DNA of 63,774 bases, filler included, from Octopus bimaculoides (GCF_001194135.2; 6 parts of 6 records of this genome joined end to end with filler, not necessarily neighbours in it), one strand, 5' to 3'; positions 13,562-25,097 are shown, counted from the whole stretch's first letter. The notes: a model not told the origin generated them from the sequence alone. Numbers and translations are program-made.

Positions 13562-13737
13562 CAAAACAGTCATGGTTTGCAGTGCTTAGAAACCACAAAA
13601 TTTACCATCGGCATATGTGTGTATATATATTTACATACATACAGATACATGCATATATAAATCCTCGTATATAAGTACATTCATACAGACTCACATACCT
13701 CTATACACATACATATACATAAGTTTGTGTTATGAAT

Positions 13738-14148
13738 AGGAGTGGCTGTGTGGTAGCTTGATTACCAACGTCATGGTTCCGGGTTGAGTCCCACTGCGTG
13801 GCACCTTGGGCAAGTGGCCTCTACTATAGTCTCCGGCCGACCAAACCCTTGTAAGTGGATTTGGTAGACAGAAACTGAAAGAAGCCTGTCGTATATATGT
13901 ATATGTATATATATATATGTGTGTGTGTGTTTGTGTGTCTGCATTTGTCCCCCCAACATCGCTTGACAATCGATGCTGGTGTGTTTACGTCTCCGTAACT
14001 TAGCGGTTCGGTAAAAGGATCCGATAGAATACGTATTAGGTTTACAAAGAAAAAGTCCTGGTGTCAATTTGCTCGACTAAAGCGGTCCTCCAGCATAACT
14101 ACAGTGAAATAACTGAAACATGTAAGAGAGTAATAGAGTAAAAAGAGT
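13738..14148 (+). mobile_element. Abundant tRNA-headed SINE (family S2) with internal (TA/TG)n, full length
   Basis: AGGAGTGGCTGTGTGG..GGGTTGAGTCCC head, central microsatellite, tail ..ACTGAAAC..GTAAAAAGAG; more than 10 copies or fragments in this window. Confidence 0.85.
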
Positions 14149-14225
14149 ATATATATTGAAAATAGAAAATTTAAACCAATTCGTATAGTTAGATTAATGT
14201 GTTCAATATTGAGTTACAACATTGC

Positions 14226-15135
14226 CACAGTTTAGGCTACCTGTTGTCATCCGTAGTTGTGGTACACTGCCATTATATATGTATATATATATGATCGATG
14301 TTCCGCCAAGCCTGACCTTTCTTTCTTGGTTCGATTACCATCCGTGTAGCACCTCTTATATTCCTTCCCCTGACTTTCACTCCATAAGTTTCTGCTGTAA
14401 GGCTTCACTTCCACACGCGCCAGCTTAATTCAATTCGTCCTTAGTCGAATGACACCTGTTGTTAATGTCCTGTTGTTTGTATTTGTAATTGTGTACCATT
14501 TGTCGGTTTTTTTTCGTCCTTGTTTTCGTATACATTCGCTTGCTTTCTTCCAAAGAACCTGGTGCTCTTAGCTTAGATTTTCTTGGGGCCGACCAGATTG
14601 GCGCAGTATCGATTGTAACCGGGTGAAACTGCAACGATGATCTAGAACTCGACTGACGAAAGAAAGCTCCGAATATGACCCTTCCTTGTTTTTTCTTGTC
14701 CTTTTTCTGTCTCGTCTAACTGTCCGAGGTTTTGTTGCCGCATGTTCCGTTCCTGTAGCACTGATCACTTCCCAGTCCCACATCCACACTCCTACGTATA
14801 CACACACGCAGACGTCAAGGTCACCAGCCCTCTTCCACACGTACATACATGCTCTCTTATACACACGCAGGCGCACCTTCGTTTTGGGATCACCACCACT
14901 TTATTATCTCCCCTTCTTCCTGGCTCTCCTGTGTGATCCCTCTGTCCGGCATTCGCCATGATAGATCGTTAGCCACTACAAATTCATTATTTTCTCTCCT
15001 TGTTTCTTTCTGTGTTCCTTTCTGTAGAAGAGCGTAGGCTCGACGCGTTAAAGACTTTTTCGCTTCCCGAGCCTTTAACTAATACATCTGTTTGTTGTCT
15101 ACACCACCAGTCTTCGTCTTTTGTTTTTTTTGTGG
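14226..15135. mobile_element. Probable Penelope-like element remnant (pseudo-LTR/UTR type sequence)
   Basis: GC-richer non-coding block; its left end GGCTACCTG(T/G)TGTCATCCG(T/C)AGTTG is shared with 39062-39090; contains degenerate minimal hammerhead geometry at 15018-15053. No RT or GIY-YIG ORF seen. Confidence 0.4.
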
Positions 15136-15297
15136 ATTCTCCCTATAAATATATATATACATGTAAGCAAATTAGGGACCTTGTGTGTCGGTGATCCGTC
15201 TCTTTGTGTACTCAATTTACGCTTTTCATTTCGTGTATGTATTCATTATACGTTTTCTTTTTTCTTTTTCCTCTGTGCATTACCTATACATGTTTCA

Positions 15298-15329
<32 letters not shown>

Positions 15330-15589
15330 NNNNNNNNNNNNNNNNNNNNNNNNNNNNNNNNNNNNNNNNNNNNNNNNNNNNNNNNNNNNNNNNNNNNNNN
15401 NNNNNNNNNNNNNNNNNNNNNNNNNNNNNNNNNNNNNNNNNNNNNNNNNNNNNNNNNNNNNNNNNNNNNNCATCGGACAATTTTGTTAACAAAACTGTCC
15501 GATGAACGGGAACGTGAAACTCAGAGTAAAGGTTTTTTTGTTATATTTCTGCTGCTTTTAAATAAAGTATATATATATATATATATATG

Positions 15590-15895
15590 GGCACCACCGT
15601 GAAGACTTTTTAGTCAAATGAATAGAAAATAATACCTTTCTATGAGCTGGTATATGCTCTATTAATTTTTTATCGAATCACTAAGTTGCAGGAACTAAAA
15701 CCAATACCGACTGTTACGTTTTTTCGGACGACAAAAGAGAGTAACACACACGCATGTACACACAGACACAGACATAGGAATACACACACACCTACACACA
15801 CACACGACGGGTTAATTTCGGTTTCCGCCTATCAAATCCACTCATAAGGCTTTGGGCGGCTCGGGGCTATAATATAAGACACATGCCCAAGATAA
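15590..15895 (-). mobile_element. Degenerate S2 SINE
   Basis: Diverged matches to the S2 tail (GGGCACCACCGTGAAG..TTAGTC) and body (AAATCCACTCATAAGGCTTTGG). Confidence 0.6.
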
Positions 15896-17177
15896 CTTGC
15901 AATGGGATTGTAAAAATGAAAGTAGAGCTTACGAAATCACATACCATAGAGCCACTCGTGCGCCTCTGTGCATATAAATACATGTACGTTTGTGTGTATA
16001 TACATACATATGCATACACACACACGCATATATATATATATATGTGTGTGTGTGTATATATTATACATACATATATATATATATGCAAACTTAAATAAAC
16101 TTATGGATAATCTGATGAGTGGTGTACGTACTAACATATATATATATGTATATATGTATATNNNNNNNNNNNNNNNNNNNNNNNNNNNNNNNNNNNNNNN
16201 NNNNNNNNNNNNNNNNNNNNNNNNNNNNNNNNNNNNNNNNNNNNNNNNNNNNNNNNNNNNNNNNNNNNNNNNNNNNNNNNNNNNNNNNNNNNNNNNNNNN
16301 NNNNNNNNNNNNNNNNNNNNNNNNNNNNNNNNNNNNNNNNNNNNNNNNNNNNNNNNNNNNNNNNNNNNNNNNNNNNNNNNNNNNNNNNNNNNNNNNNNNN
16401 NNNNNNNNNNNNNNNNNNNNNNNNNNNNNNNNNNNNNNNNNNNNNNNNNNNNNNNNNNNNNNNNNNNNNNNNNNNNNNNNNNNNNNNNNNNNNNNNNNNN
16501 NNNNNNNNNNNNNNNNNNNNNNNNNNNNNNNNNNNNNNNNNNNNNNNNNNNNNNNNNNNNNNNNNNNNNNNNNNNNNNNNNNNNNNNNNNNNNNNNNNNN
16601 NNNNNNNNNNNNNNNNNNNNNNNNNNNNNNNNNNNNNNNNNNNNNNNNNNNNNNNNNNNNNNNNNNNNNNNNNNNNNNNNNNNNNNNNNNNNNNNNNNNN
16701 NNNNNNNNNNNNNNNNNNNNNNNNNNNNNNNNNNNNNNNNNNNNNNNNNNNNNNNNNNNNNNNNNNNNNNNNNNNNNNNNNNNNNNNNNNNNNNNNNNNN
16801 NNNNNNNNNNNNNNNNNNNNNNNTGTGTGTGTGTGTGTGTGTGTGTGTGTATCTATGGACAAGTGTATAACTTATATGTAGATGTATGTACTTGTGTATA
16901 TGAATGTAAATATGTATATATGAAATTTCAGTTATTCTTGTTATACGTACTTCTATATATGATGCAGCTGAATTATTCTTCATTATTTTCCTTACATGGG
17001 TGCAGTAGCTTTAATATGGTTCATGGAGCGAAGTGCGATCAAATTAATTTCAATTCTGTTATCTCTCTCAAATAATATAAAGATACTTTCATGTTAAGCT
17101 TTCGCGTTCAATTCTTAATGTAGATAATCTGCCATTATTTCTGTCAGAAGTTTTAAGTGCGCGTTATATACATGCAC

Positions 17178-17178
<1 letters not shown>

Positions 17179-17276
<98 letters not shown>

Positions 17277-17294
17277 ACACACCCACACACACAC
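17179..17294. repeat. Long (CA)n microsatellite
   Basis: About 90 bp of uninterrupted CA followed by degenerate units. Confidence 0.95.
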
Positions 17295-17337
17295 GTGTGC
17301 GTATGTGTGCATTTTTACATATGCGTGTGTACATAGA

Positions 17338-17570
17338 ATTGCGCAGTATAGTGGTTATGGTGTTGAGACTTGATCATAAATTTGTGGTTTCAATTCCTCG
17401 ACCATGGAGTATGCTTTGTTTTTGAGCGAAACACTTTATTTGACGATACTCTTTTTCAGTCCGCTGGCAACAATGAGTAATTCTGCCGCAGAGCAGTCTC
17501 CCTCTCTATGGGTAATATAAGCGTCACAGAAACTTGGAAACCGGTCTTATGAACCTGTGGCTCGGGACGT

Positions 17571-17572
<2 letters not shown>
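17338..17572 (+). mobile_element. Degenerate tRNA-headed SINE
   Basis: A/B-box-like AGTATAGTGG and GGTTTCAATTCC; TTGAGCGAAA(A)CAC is shared with the S1 copy at 916. Confidence 0.45.
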
Positions 17573-17612
<40 letters not shown>

Positions 17613-18815
17613 NNNNNNNNNNNNNNNNNNNNNNNNNNNNNNNNNNNNNNNNNNNNNNNNNNNNNNNNNNNNNNNNNNNNNNNNNNNNNNNNNNNNNNNN
17701 NNNNNNNNNNNNNNNNNNNNNNNNNNNNNNNNNNNNNNNNNNNNNNNNNNNNNNNNNNNNNNNNNNNNNNNNNNNNNNNNNNNNNNNNNNNNNNNNNNNN
17801 NNNNNNNNNNNNNNNNNNNNNNNNNNNNNNNNNNNNNNNNNNNNNNNNNNNNNNNNNNNNNNNNNNNNNNNNNNNNNNNNNNNNNNNNNNNNNNNNNNNN
17901 NNNNNNNNNNNNNNNNNNNNNNNNNNNNNNNNNNNNNNNNNNNNNNNNNNNNNNNNNNNNNNNNNNNNNNNNNNNNNNNNNNNNNNNNNNNGATCCGTTC
18001 GTGCTGCAGATGTTGGTGAGAGGGATAACTACCCTTGGCAAACAGGACACAGTCGTGTGTCGATAAGCCAGCTGGAAGAGATGTCCTCCTGGGGCTAAAA
18101 GCAACAGTAACATCCACCCCTAGGGGTCAGCCACACTTAAGTGGCAATATACTACACTTTATCGTGCAGTTACTGTTAATACTTCATTTAGAGAATTAAC
18201 ATTGCTTATATATATATATATATATATACATATATGCCTTTTAAAGTCTTTTATGGTAACGTTAAGCGTATGCAAATAAAGCTCCTATTTCATTCTGCCG
18301 ACTAATGATACTGACTAACCAGTCTGTGTTCTGGGGTTGTATCATGGTTATACCGATATATTGTACGATAAATATAATAGCAATAATTCTAGGCGCGTGT
18401 CCACAGATCACATAATTAGTACAGTATATTTTGTATTATCCTTGGGCATCCGGTCGATCATCAGCATTGATTCATTTCACCACGGGAAGTACTATGAGCT
18501 GAAAAATATATATTTCACAATTGGCAACCAGTGTTGCAATGGATGTGAATAAAAATTCATGTGTTAATGAACGGAGGAGATAAAATCTGGGCTACATATG
18601 TTTCATAGCGAGCGGTACCTCGGGAGGGGGGGATAATACAATCGAGGTGTATACTACAGACTACTCTTCTTGATTAAATGAAGTTTACTTTGTCGTTCAG
18701 ATACCATGTTTACACACGGAGGATTCGATGAGAATGCGAAAAGATGCCTGCGGTATACACAGCACTTGAATATTTATGACTCCCGAGGTTTTATCTACTC
18801 CATTCCTGAACTTTT

Positions 18816-18918
18816 AGCGTGGCTGTTTGGTAAGAAGCTTGCTTCCCAACCATATGATTCTGGGTTCAGTCCCATTTAATATCATCTGCTATAGCCTCGG
18901 GCCGAACAAAGTCTTTGG
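18816..18918 (+). mobile_element. S2 SINE 5' fragment
   Basis: GCGTGGCTGTTTGGTAAGAAGCTTGCTTCCCAACC..GGGTTCAGTCCC. Confidence 0.75.
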
Positions 18919-18979
18919 ACATTATTTACATTATTTACATTTGACGGATATTTGTCCTCATCTTGTTTGTTGTTAACAC
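18919..18979 (-). mobile_element. Orphan 3' tail of SINE family S3
   Basis: GTGTTAACAACAAACAAGATGAGGACAAATATCCGTCAAATGTAAATAATGT matches 25330-25381. Confidence 0.8.
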
Positions 18980-19352
18980 ATTATTATTCAGTAATTTTAT
19001 TTTTATAGTGTGCTTTCACTTCACTACCGAGCGCAGCTCTGTGTGTCTTGAGTATGTGCTGTGGTTTGCTGTGATGCTCTTATGGCTACTGTATTGAAAG
19101 TGTTTTGCGTAGGATGTGCGCAGTGCCCAGTAGTGCAATTTTCTGTATGTTATATATACTTGTAAGTCCTAGTGTTTTTGTTATGTATTTGTCTGAATAT
19201 TTTTTTATTATACCTAATGCACCCAATATGTTAGGAATTGTTTCTGTTTTTAGATTCCACATTCGAGTTACCTCTATTTCCAGATCTTTGTATTTTGAAA
19301 GTTTCTCCATTTCTTCTAGAGAAACGTTGTCATGTGCTGGTATTGATATTAA
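18980..19352 (-). mobile_element. R4/Dong-clade non-LTR retrotransposon 3' end (restriction-like endonuclease C-terminus, 3' UTR, AAT tail)
   Basis: ORF 19086-19310 reads KLSKYKDLEIEVTRMW..TIPNILGALG..IQKIALLGTAHILRK, typical of REL-endonuclease LINE C-termini; ends in CTGAATAATAAT. Confidence 0.8.
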
Positions 19353-19387
19353 TATATATATAGGATTGAGTTAACTGCTCCAGAATA

Positions 19388-19786
19388 TATAGAGTCAAAA
19401 TTTAAAAAGAAGAGTGCCAATGTCATCTAGTGAACGATATTTCAAAATCTCGTGTGTATTCAACAGGTTCAAATGATAATTTTGTCAATCTACTTCATTT
19501 TGACTAATCTACTTCATTTTGGTTAATATATAAAGGATTGAGGTATCTCCTCCATAAGATATACAGTGAAAATTAAAAGAAGAGTGCCATTGAATGATAT
19601 TTCAAAATCTCGTGTCTTTTAATTTTGACTCTATATCTTGTGGAGGAGTTACCCCAATCCTTTATACATTAACCAAAATGAAGTAGATTGACAAAATTAT
19701 GCTTTGAACCTGTTGAACACATACGAAATGTCGAAATAGCATTCACTAGATGAAAATGGTACTCTTCTTTTAATCTTGACTCTATA
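19388..19786. repeat. Foldback: tandem and inverted copies of an approximately 175-bp unit
   Basis: TATAGAGTCAAAATT..AAGAAGAGTGCCA..TCATCTAGTGAA..CAACAGGTTCAAA..TTTTGTCAATCTACTTCATTTTGGTTAAT occurs forward at about 19388-19565 and reverse-complemented at about 19615-19786. Confidence 0.85.
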
Positions 19787-19789
19787 TTA

Positions 19790-19864
19790 TTCTTGTCGCT
19801 GCCTGGAATCGAACTCGAAATCGCGGGGGTAGTAGCCCGCGCCCTTAACCACTACGCCATATGC
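19790..19864 (-). mobile_element. tRNA-like head of SINE family S3
   Basis: GCATATGGCGTAGTGGTTAAGGGCGCGGGCTACTA..GAGTTCGATTCCAGGCAGCGAC matches the head at 25103-25150. Confidence 0.8.
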
Positions 19865-20177
19865 TAGTAGGCAACTATGGAGTGAATTTTAGGCATTATA
19901 AATCTAATATATTTCTAACCTTCCTTAATACCGGTTTCGATATGCTATTCATATGTTCACTCGGTCTACTTAGTAGGTTTTTATTCTGCGTATTGTCCAG
20001 TGGTGTTCTGTTTCTATTATTTTAACTTCATTCCACGGGGGAGGTTGTCCCCATTTTTCCATACATGATCAGCTATACCCGATTCATCAATATCTCCTCG
20101 TGTCACAGATTTGCGATGTTCGTCTACCCTTATTTTTGCCTTTGTGTGTATATATATATATATATAAATATATATAT

Positions 20178-20277
20178 NNNNNNNNNNNNNNNNNNNNNNN
20201 NNNNNNNNNNNNNNNNNNNNNTTAATTAATTAANNNNNNNNNNNNNNNNNNNNNNNNNNNNNNNNNNNNNNNNNNNN
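20178..20277. other. Artificial scaffold join spacer (44 N + TTAATTAATTAA + 44 N); also at 45429-45528, 49248-49347, 58963-59062 and 61548-61647
   Basis: Identical 100-bp layout five times; the 12-mer has stop codons in all six frames. Confidence 0.95.
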
Positions 20278-20360
20278 CGATTTCACCAGTCCTCAGTCAA
20301 ATCGTCCAACCCATGCTAGCATGGAAAGCGGACGTTAAACGATGATGATGATGATGATGA
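20278..20360 (+). mobile_element. RTE-type 3' tail with (GAT)n
   Basis: CCAGTCCTCAGTCAAATCGTCCAACCCATGCTAGCATGGAAAGCGGACGTTAAACGATGATGATG. Confidence 0.75.
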
Positions 20361-20368
20361 TATATATA

Positions 20369-20530
20369 TACGACGGGTTTCTTTCAGTTTCCCTCTACCA
20401 AATCCACTCACAAGGCTTTGGTCGGCCTGAGGCTATAGTAGAAGACACTTACCCAAGGTGTCACGCAGTGGGACTGAACCCGGAACCATGTGGTTGGTAA
20501 ACAAGCTACTTACCACATAGCCACTCCTGC
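20369..20530 (-). mobile_element. S2 SINE 5' half
   Basis: Reverse complement of the S2 head and body. Confidence 0.85.
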
Positions 20531-20776
20531 GTCTTATATATGTGTATGTATGTCACTGTATGAAAATGTGCTTTGTTGTGGCCCTAAGGGTTTTTAACTT
20601 TTATTTCTAGCAATGTAGGTGCTACCATACACCCTCAGTCACAATTAGCGATAATTGAATTTTTCCTTTTCGGTTTTATATTTTGTATAGCCACCTTCAT
20701 TATTTTATATATAAGATATATGTCTATATGAATGTATATATATATGGTTATATATATATATCTATATCTATATTTA

Positions 20777-20839
<63 letters not shown>

Positions 20840-21526
20840 GTGTGTGTATTCCAACAGAGTGGCATGTTCCAAAACAAGCTCTGTCTGGTCACTTAGAATA
20901 ATGTACTCAAAAGACAGGTCTGAGACCGATTAAAGATATTTAATCCATAATCATTAGTCTAACAAAATGTATTTTGTGTCACCAAAATATATTCATCACA
21001 TTCATAGATGTTTTTTAACCTTCCACGTCTTCTATACGCTGCCTTCTCAATTTTTTTTCACATTTCTTCTCTTATTCAATTTTTTTTTACTTCATTATGA
21101 ATAAGTGGTTTGTGCCTAATGAATATGTTTGAGAGATTTCTCAACATATGGAACTATTAGTAGCACTTAAACACATGTATTGTGTCCTTTAAAAAAATAA
21201 TATTTATCTCACACCAGATGGAGTACTTTTTGTTGATCTTTCTCTCACAGAACAGTACATTAGATATATATATATATATATANNNNNNNNNNNNNNNNNN
21301 NNNNNNNNNNNNNNNNNNNNNNNNNNNNNNNNNNNNNNNNNNNNNNNNNNNNNNNNNNNNNNNNNNNNNNNNNNNNNNNNNNNNNNNNNNNNNNNNNNNN
21401 NNNNNNNNNNNNNNNNNNNNNNNNNNNNNNNNNNNNNNNNNNNNNNNNNNNNNNNNNNNNNNNNNNTATATATACATGTGAGAGGGGATGACCACTAAGT
21501 GGACATCCTTTACGCTACCACGAAAG

Positions 21527-21597
21527 TTTGTTGCTGGCACTCCGTCGCTTACGACGTCGAGGCTTCCAGTTGATCCGATCAACGGAACAGCCTGCTC
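21527..21597 (-). mobile_element. S1 SINE 3' tail fragment
   Basis: Reverse complement GAGCAGGCTGTTCCGTTGATCGGATCAACTGGAAGCCTCGACGTCGTAAGCGACGGAGTGCC matches about 1178-1240. Confidence 0.85.
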
Positions 21598-22023
21598 TGG
21601 AAACAGATAATTTACCTTAGCATAAGCAAAAGTTAACTCCCCTGAATTTAAATTTCTGTTACAAAATGTTTCCCACTAGGTCCGAGGGAAATAACTCTTA
21701 ATGTTTTCATTCTGATGCCATTCTAAAGCGAATAGTCGGGAGTTCGAGTCGTACCCTTGGTATCCATGGCCGAAATCTTTTTCTTTTTTTTCACGTTTTT
21801 TTTTTATTCCGTTTTATAATTTTCTTTATACTTATTTTTCCTCAATTTTATTAATTTGATTTTTATTTTTAGCAATTTAAAATTAAATTTCTTTTACGTT
21901 TTGTTCCTTTTTCTAAATTATAATTACTTTCAATTTTAGTGTAATAATTATCCTTTCAGATAAATTTATATCTATATCTTTTATAATGCCATTCTATTCT
22001 ATATTTATTTTACGTTACATTCA

Positions 22024-22086
22024 AGTGGTGGTGGTGGTGTCGTCGGTGTTAGCGGCAGCATGCAGCAGTAGCAGCACCCGCAGCAA

Positions 22087-22122
<36 letters not shown>

Positions 22123-22213
22123 CAGCAGCAGCAGCAGCAACAACAACAGCNNNNNNNNNNNNNNNNNNNNNNNNNNNNNNNNNNNNNNNNNNNNNNNNNN
22201 NNNNNNGGTAGTG

Positions 22214-22312
<99 letters not shown>

Positions 22313-22350
22313 GCAGCACCAGCACTACTACTATTACTACTACTACTACT
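22024..22350. repeat. Compound trinucleotide microsatellite (GGT/TAG/CAG/CAA/CTA)
   Basis: Direct reading; explains the homopolymer ORFs. Confidence 0.95.
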
Positions 22351-23295
22351 GTAACCTGGGATGTGACAATCAAGGCTCAAATCATCAGAGCAACCTGCTC
22401 TTTTCAAGAGCCAAGCATGGAATCTTTGCATGGTCACACGTCCTGCTAGAAATAGTAGCTAAATCTTTCTCAAACCACACACTCTACTCCCTCAAAAAGA
22501 AAAGGATACATTGGACACACTCTACTCCCTTAAAAAAAAAAGGATGCATTGGACAATGAAGGCCTGATTTGCAAAAGGTTGAGATGGTCACAACTGGAAA
22601 ATTTATTATTATAGATCTGCTTAATCAAGCCTGACCTAAGATTAAACAAAAACAACAATACCAATAATAATAACATCATTATCGATATTAAATAACAAGG
22701 CAAGCCAGCCTCTACAAGTTCACTTGACCTGCTAGAAACAACAGCCAAATCTCTCTCAAACTACACCTTATCATATTGTAACATGAAACACATTTTAGAT
22801 ATTGTATGCCTACATGCACTATGTCTGAAACTAAGGTGGGATGGTCATGAACGAGTGGGAGCCAAATAACAACAACATCAACAACAAAATTAGCAACATA
22901 TACTTCCCCCTTAATAATCAATCATTTGTACAGATCAATAATGAAATATAATACTGAAATATCAGATTGACCAGAATGAACATCGATTTCTATGCTGTGC
23001 TTTGTCATGTTTTGCTTAATCATTCTCTTATAGATTATATTAAATAGTTTGTAAGTTAGAACTTGTTGCTAACTGGTGTTTACACTTGTTGGTAACTCAT
23101 ACATGGAAATTTATATTCACTCAAACAGTTAATAGATATACATATATAGGTATATATGCAGAGAGAGAATGATATAGAAACTGAGGTGACAGCAGTATCA
23201 TGCACACACTGTAACAGAATGTTAGAACATAAGAGACAGGGAAAGAGAAAGATATAAGTTTATATTTTGTTTCGGCAGCTGAACCTTGTTGGAAG

Positions 23296-23962
23296 GGATA
23301 ATTTAATTTGTGGATGCTGCTAGAAGAAAAAAAAGAGAGAATTAAGAGGTGGTCCCTGCTAGAAGCAAGAATTTATTTGCATGCCCTACCAAAAGCAAGA
23401 ATTTAACAGATGCTAGAAACAAGGATCCAATATTTGGGTACCCTGCTAGAAGAAAGAATTTAACAGATGAGCCCTATTTGAGGTAAAGATCTAATTTGCA
23501 TTGTCAGTAGAAACAAGGATTTAGGAGCCCTGCTAAAAACAAGGATCTAATTTGCGAACTCTATTAGAATCAAGGATTTATGAGCACTGCCAAAAACAAG
23601 GATCTAATTTGTGAGCCCTCCAAGAAGCAAGGATTTAATTTGCATGCCCTACTAGAAGCAAGAATTTGTGAGCCCTGTGAGGGCAAAGGATTTAGTTTAT
23701 GATTCCTATTAGAAGCAGGAATTTAACTGCTGAGCCCTGCTGGAAGCAAGGATTTAATTTGCATACCCTACTAGAAGCAAAGACTTAGCTGACACCTGCT
23801 AGAAGGAAAGATTTAATTTGTGTGCCCTGCTAGAAGCAAGAATTTGTGAGCCCTGTGAAAGCAAAGGATTTATGATCCCTATTAGAAACAGGGATTTTGC
23901 AAGCCCTGCTAAAAGCATGGCTTTAACAGTTGAGCCCCGCTAGAACAAAGGACTTAATTTAT
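23296..23962 (+). repeat. Degenerate minisatellite, 25-30 bp unit (approximately GAGCCCTGCTAGAAGCAAGGATTTAATTTGT)
   Basis: Roughly 20-25 variant units of CCCTGCTAGAAGCAAG(G/A)ATTTA; no ORF of 60 aa or more spans it. Confidence 0.9.
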
Positions 23963-23992
23963 GCTGGGGAAAAAAACACAAGGCTTTGACAG

Positions 23993-24103
23993 ATGAACAC
24001 TTCTAGAAGTATGGCACAGGGTAACTCCAATCAATCTAACGCAAAGAACCATACCTCTACTACACCAACCGATACACCAACTGCACCTACAACTACAGCT
24101 ACA

Positions 24104-24135
<32 letters not shown>

Positions 24136-24361
24136 AAATAATAGTAGTGGTAGTAGTAACAACAACAATAATAATAATACAATTAATAATTATAATAATA
24201 ATAATAATAATAATGATAGACCACATTTTTACTTGTTGAGACAACAGAAGAGAGTAACTTTGTCTCTCGACACGATTGAACGAAACCTGAGCTCATTCAA
24301 AATAAAATGGTTTCCTTACAACAGATCTATTTCCCGTGATGAACTACTTTATTGGACTGAG
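23993..24361 (+). CDS. Coiled-coil/death-domain protein, exon 1 (poly-Asn N-terminus; start could be ATG 24011)
   Basis: Open frame M..MAQGNSNQS..(N)n..DRPHFYLLRQQKRVTLSLD..ELLYWTE ending at the strong donor GAG|GTAAGA, phase 0, matching the phase-0 acceptor at 31551. Confidence 0.7.
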
Positions 24362-24569
24362 GTAAGAAGCTCATTAATAACTTTGTTGTTATTGTTGGTA
24401 GTGTTGCTGTTTTATCAAATTTGTTTATTTGCTTATCCGTTTACTTGTTTCGGTCATTAGACTGTGGCCATGCTGGGGCACTGCCGTGAAGAATTTTTAG
24501 TCGAATGAATTAAACCCCTTTACGTTTATATTTTTAAACCTGGTACTTATTTTGTCAGTCTCTTTTGCC

Positions 24570-24772
24570 AAACCACTAACTGGCCATATTCTAGCTGTTT
24601 TATGCTTGAACTGACCAGGCCTGGCCTTTCATACCAACCCTACAATGCCATTCTAAAATAAACAATCATATCATTGAAATCTTGAAGCTACAAGATAATG
24701 CATGATTAATCCAAAATGTGAATAAATAAGCATTACATTTAACAGAGTAATCTGAATGTCAAAACAGTTACG
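24570..24772. mobile_element. Dispersed non-autonomous repeat, inverted relative to a copy at 40302-40512
   Basis: CATTCTAAAATAAA..GCTACAAGAT..TGTGAATAAATAAG..AGTAATCTGAATG matches the reverse complement of 40315-40420. The 40302 copy starts TTAACCCT (piggyBac-like end; inference). Confidence 0.55.
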
Positions 24773-25097
24773 AAAGTGAAAGTGATAGAGGTTGTAGAGG
24801 TGGTGAAGAGAGAAAACTGAGGGAATTTAGGAAAGGCTAACTTCTTCAGCCAAGTTTCTTCTGAACTTCTTTGAGAAAATTCAAGATGGAGAAGATGGAG
24901 AAAACATTCGTTGAAAGATGAGTAAGAGTGATGAGCATGACCTAGGTCTATGGGCTGCTGACAAGGCTGGTCCTTTTATACAATATTCAAGTATAAAAAT
25001 ATCTTTTAGTGTATCTGCCTGTATTATAACTATAATTATGTACAGTTCTATATTTAAGAGATGAGGAATTATGTACTTTATTTATGCCATATACCCA

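Noticed and set aside
13195-13580. Exact repeat of TATAAAATATACAAAACAGTCATGGTTTG on both sides of a gap
   Set aside because: One copy ends exactly at an N gap; most likely an assembly overlap artefact.
19790-19864. tRNA-like sequences (also at 916 and 25098) considered as real tRNA genes
   Set aside because: They have A/B boxes but no proper acceptor stem or cloverleaf, and they continue into SINE bodies.
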